Below, in pieces: positions 62,798 to 64,000 of a stretch of DNA of 64,000 nucleotides. How positions within the stretch are numbered: position 1 is the first letter of the stretch; each line of letters opens with the position of its first letter. The translations under genes were made by a program, and so were the position numbers. Source of the stretch: an uncultured archaeon (lineage in GTDB: Archaea > Aenigmatarchaeota > Aenigmatarchaeia > QMZS01); NCBI GenBank assembly GCA_964547015.1, contig CAZJKT010000003.1:1154-65153 (forward strand). The letters run 5' to 3'. The notes beneath the pieces were generated by a model. The model was not told the origin of the DNA. It did no database searches and saw nothing but the letters and a program-made list of their open reading frames with translations.

Positions 62798-64000
62798 CTA
62801 AATTGCCCTCTTGAAGTGCTTGCACATAAATCTATATGGGCAATTTTTACAAAAAAGCTTTCCTTTTCCGGTTCCGCAATATTTTTCGCCAATTACCGCC
62901 TCAGAAAACTCATTCAGGACCCTCTTTGCTTCAGAACCGTCTTCAACAGGAAATTCTGCGTCCGAAAGCCGGAATTTTTCCTCCTCAATTGGATAGGCCA
63001 CAGCCCGATCCACCTTTTGCCCGTCCTTTCGCAGGGCGTTGGCATAGAACTTAAGCTGAAGGTCCACATGGGTCTCAGATATGGCTTTGAGCTTTCTTGC
63101 CTTGAAATCCATCAAAACTACCTCGCCGGCCTTATTCTCAAAGAGAAAGTCAGTCCGACCCCGAATCCTTATTCCTTCCATCATCACACTTACTGGGGAC
63201 TCAATCGAAATCACGTGCCCAAGCTCCTTTCCCATGAAATCATTATACCTATCCAGGCTTCTTCGGATTTTGTGGCGAAAAATCTCATTATTCTTGCCAA
63301 GATCCACCCAGGATTCATCCAGAATTGCCTCCAGTCTCTGACCGTCAACACAAGAACCTCTACCCATATCCACATTTAGCTTGGCTAAAGCGTTATGGTA
63401 TATTCTGCCAACTTTTTGCTGGAAAATCTCCTCCGCTTTGAAACCATACACATAGTTTATCTTGAAACGCTCTGGGCAGTCAACAAAAGTCGAAATAGCC
63501 GAAAAATCGACCAGCTTTATCCCCGGCTTTTCTTCGGGTTTCGGGCTGATTTCCACATTCGCCAATCTATCCTCGCTAAAGTCTGAAATGTGCCCGTCAA
63601 AATCAGAGATAAATTCTGAGGGGTTTGAAGTTTTCCCGCTATCATAAGCATCAAAATGGGTTAAAAAGAGTGCATCCCTGGCTCTGGTAATCGCAACATA
63701 AAAAAGGTTCTCCTCCTCTTTTAGGGGTGAATATTTCTCATAGAGATAAAACTTCTCAGGTATATTTATCAATTCAGAAGGGAGTTTCGATTTCGGTATA
63801 CGCCTCTTAGTAAGAGAGGGAACAATTACTACCGGAAATTCAAGCCCTTTTGCCTGATGAATATTCATCAAGTACAGTGAATGATTGTCCAGAACCTCAA
63901 AGCCGTCCGCCTTTTTATTAATATTGAGGTTTTCTGGAAAAGCACTCAAAAGCCTCAAAAACATCAAAAAATCGCCATTGCCATACACGAAGACAAAATC
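62798..64000 (-). CDS. C-terminal part of an SF1 UvrD/PcrA-like helicase fused to a Cas4/AddB-type Fe-S PD-(D/E)xK nuclease domain. The N-terminus lies beyond the window end.
   Basis: UvrD C-terminal motifs IHQAKGLEFPVVIVPSL and VAITRARDAL. The nuclease motif GRTDFLFENKAGEVVLMDFK. A four-Cys cluster, DCPERF ... CGTGKGKLFCKNCPYRFMC, typical of the RecB-family Fe-S nucleases. The frame stays open to position 64000. Confidence 0.7.
   Translation of the reverse strand, partial: DFVFVYGNGDFLMFLRLLSAFPENLNINKKADGFEVLDNHSLYLMNIHQAKGLEFPVVIVPSLTKRRIPKSKLPSELINIPEKFYLYEKYSPLKEEENLFYVAITRARDALFLTHFDAYDSGKTSNPSEFISDFDGHISDFSEDRLANVEISPKPEEKPGIKLVDFSAISTFVDCPERFKINYVYGFKAEEIFQQKVGRIYHNALAKLNVDMGRGSCVDGQRLEAILDESWVDLGKNNEIFRHKIRRSLDRYNDFMGKELGHVISIESPVSVMMEGIRIRGRTDFLFENKAGEVVLMDFKARKLKAISETHVDLQLKFYANALRKDGQKVDRAVAYPIEEEKFRLSDAEFPVEDGSEAKRVLNEFSEAVIGEKYCGTGKGKLFCKNCPYRFMCKHFKRAI

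Overview
This 64 kb window looks like chromosomal DNA from an archaeon, dense in protein-coding genes with roughly mid-40s percent GC. It is probably a small-genome lineage. Evidence for archaeal origin: class I lysyl-tRNA synthetase, ribosomal proteins L21e, L4, L23, S9, L13 and L15, RNA polymerase subunits RpoF and RpoN, Sec61beta, Cbf5, the tRNA-splicing endonuclease EndA, the RNA ligase RtcB, Dph2, and an archaeal-type NMNAT fused to an NAD synthetase.

Housekeeping genes are scattered in short, fragmented clusters rather than long operons: L21e-RpoF-DUF655; L4-unknown-L23 next to an IS200-like element; L13-S9 divergent from RpoN-thioredoxin; and SecY-L15.

Five things stand out:
1. Three tRNA genes read by hand (Arg-UCG, Leu-UAG, Leu-CAA) carry 2, 4 and 3 introns respectively. 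Introns sit in the D-loop, the anticodon loop, the variable arm and the T-loop. Nearly all belong to one family of about 95-nt structured introns with two conserved hairpins.
2. The splicing enzymes EndA and RtcB lie close by, and EndA sits next to an archaemetzincin-like protein that has lost its HEXXH histidines.
3. A three-gene defence-like operon (56.6-64 kb), with its genes overlapping at their ends, encodes a UvrD-type helicase fused to an Fe-S Cas4/AddB-like nuclease (truncated by the window edge), a roughly 990-aa beta-class N6-adenine methyltransferase with a large unknown N-terminal domain, and a roughly 1078-aa Res-like SF2 helicase-nuclease.
4. A minus-strand arsenic and thiol-redox island (38.3-45.3 kb) runs ArsR, Grx, a Grx-DsbD-like fusion, TrxR, ArsM, a thioredoxin-like protein, CcdA and an ArsP-like permease.
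5. Other oddities: tandem membrane-anchored bactofilin-like paralogs, a recent tandem duplication of a membrane protein gene, a surface protein with a perfect 288-bp tandem repeat, and a NadM-NadE gene fusion.

No rRNA genes or CRISPR arrays were seen. All calls were made by eye from the sequence and the ORF track. The exon and intron boundaries carry the usual one- or two-nucleotide ambiguity of bulge-helix-bulge splice sites.
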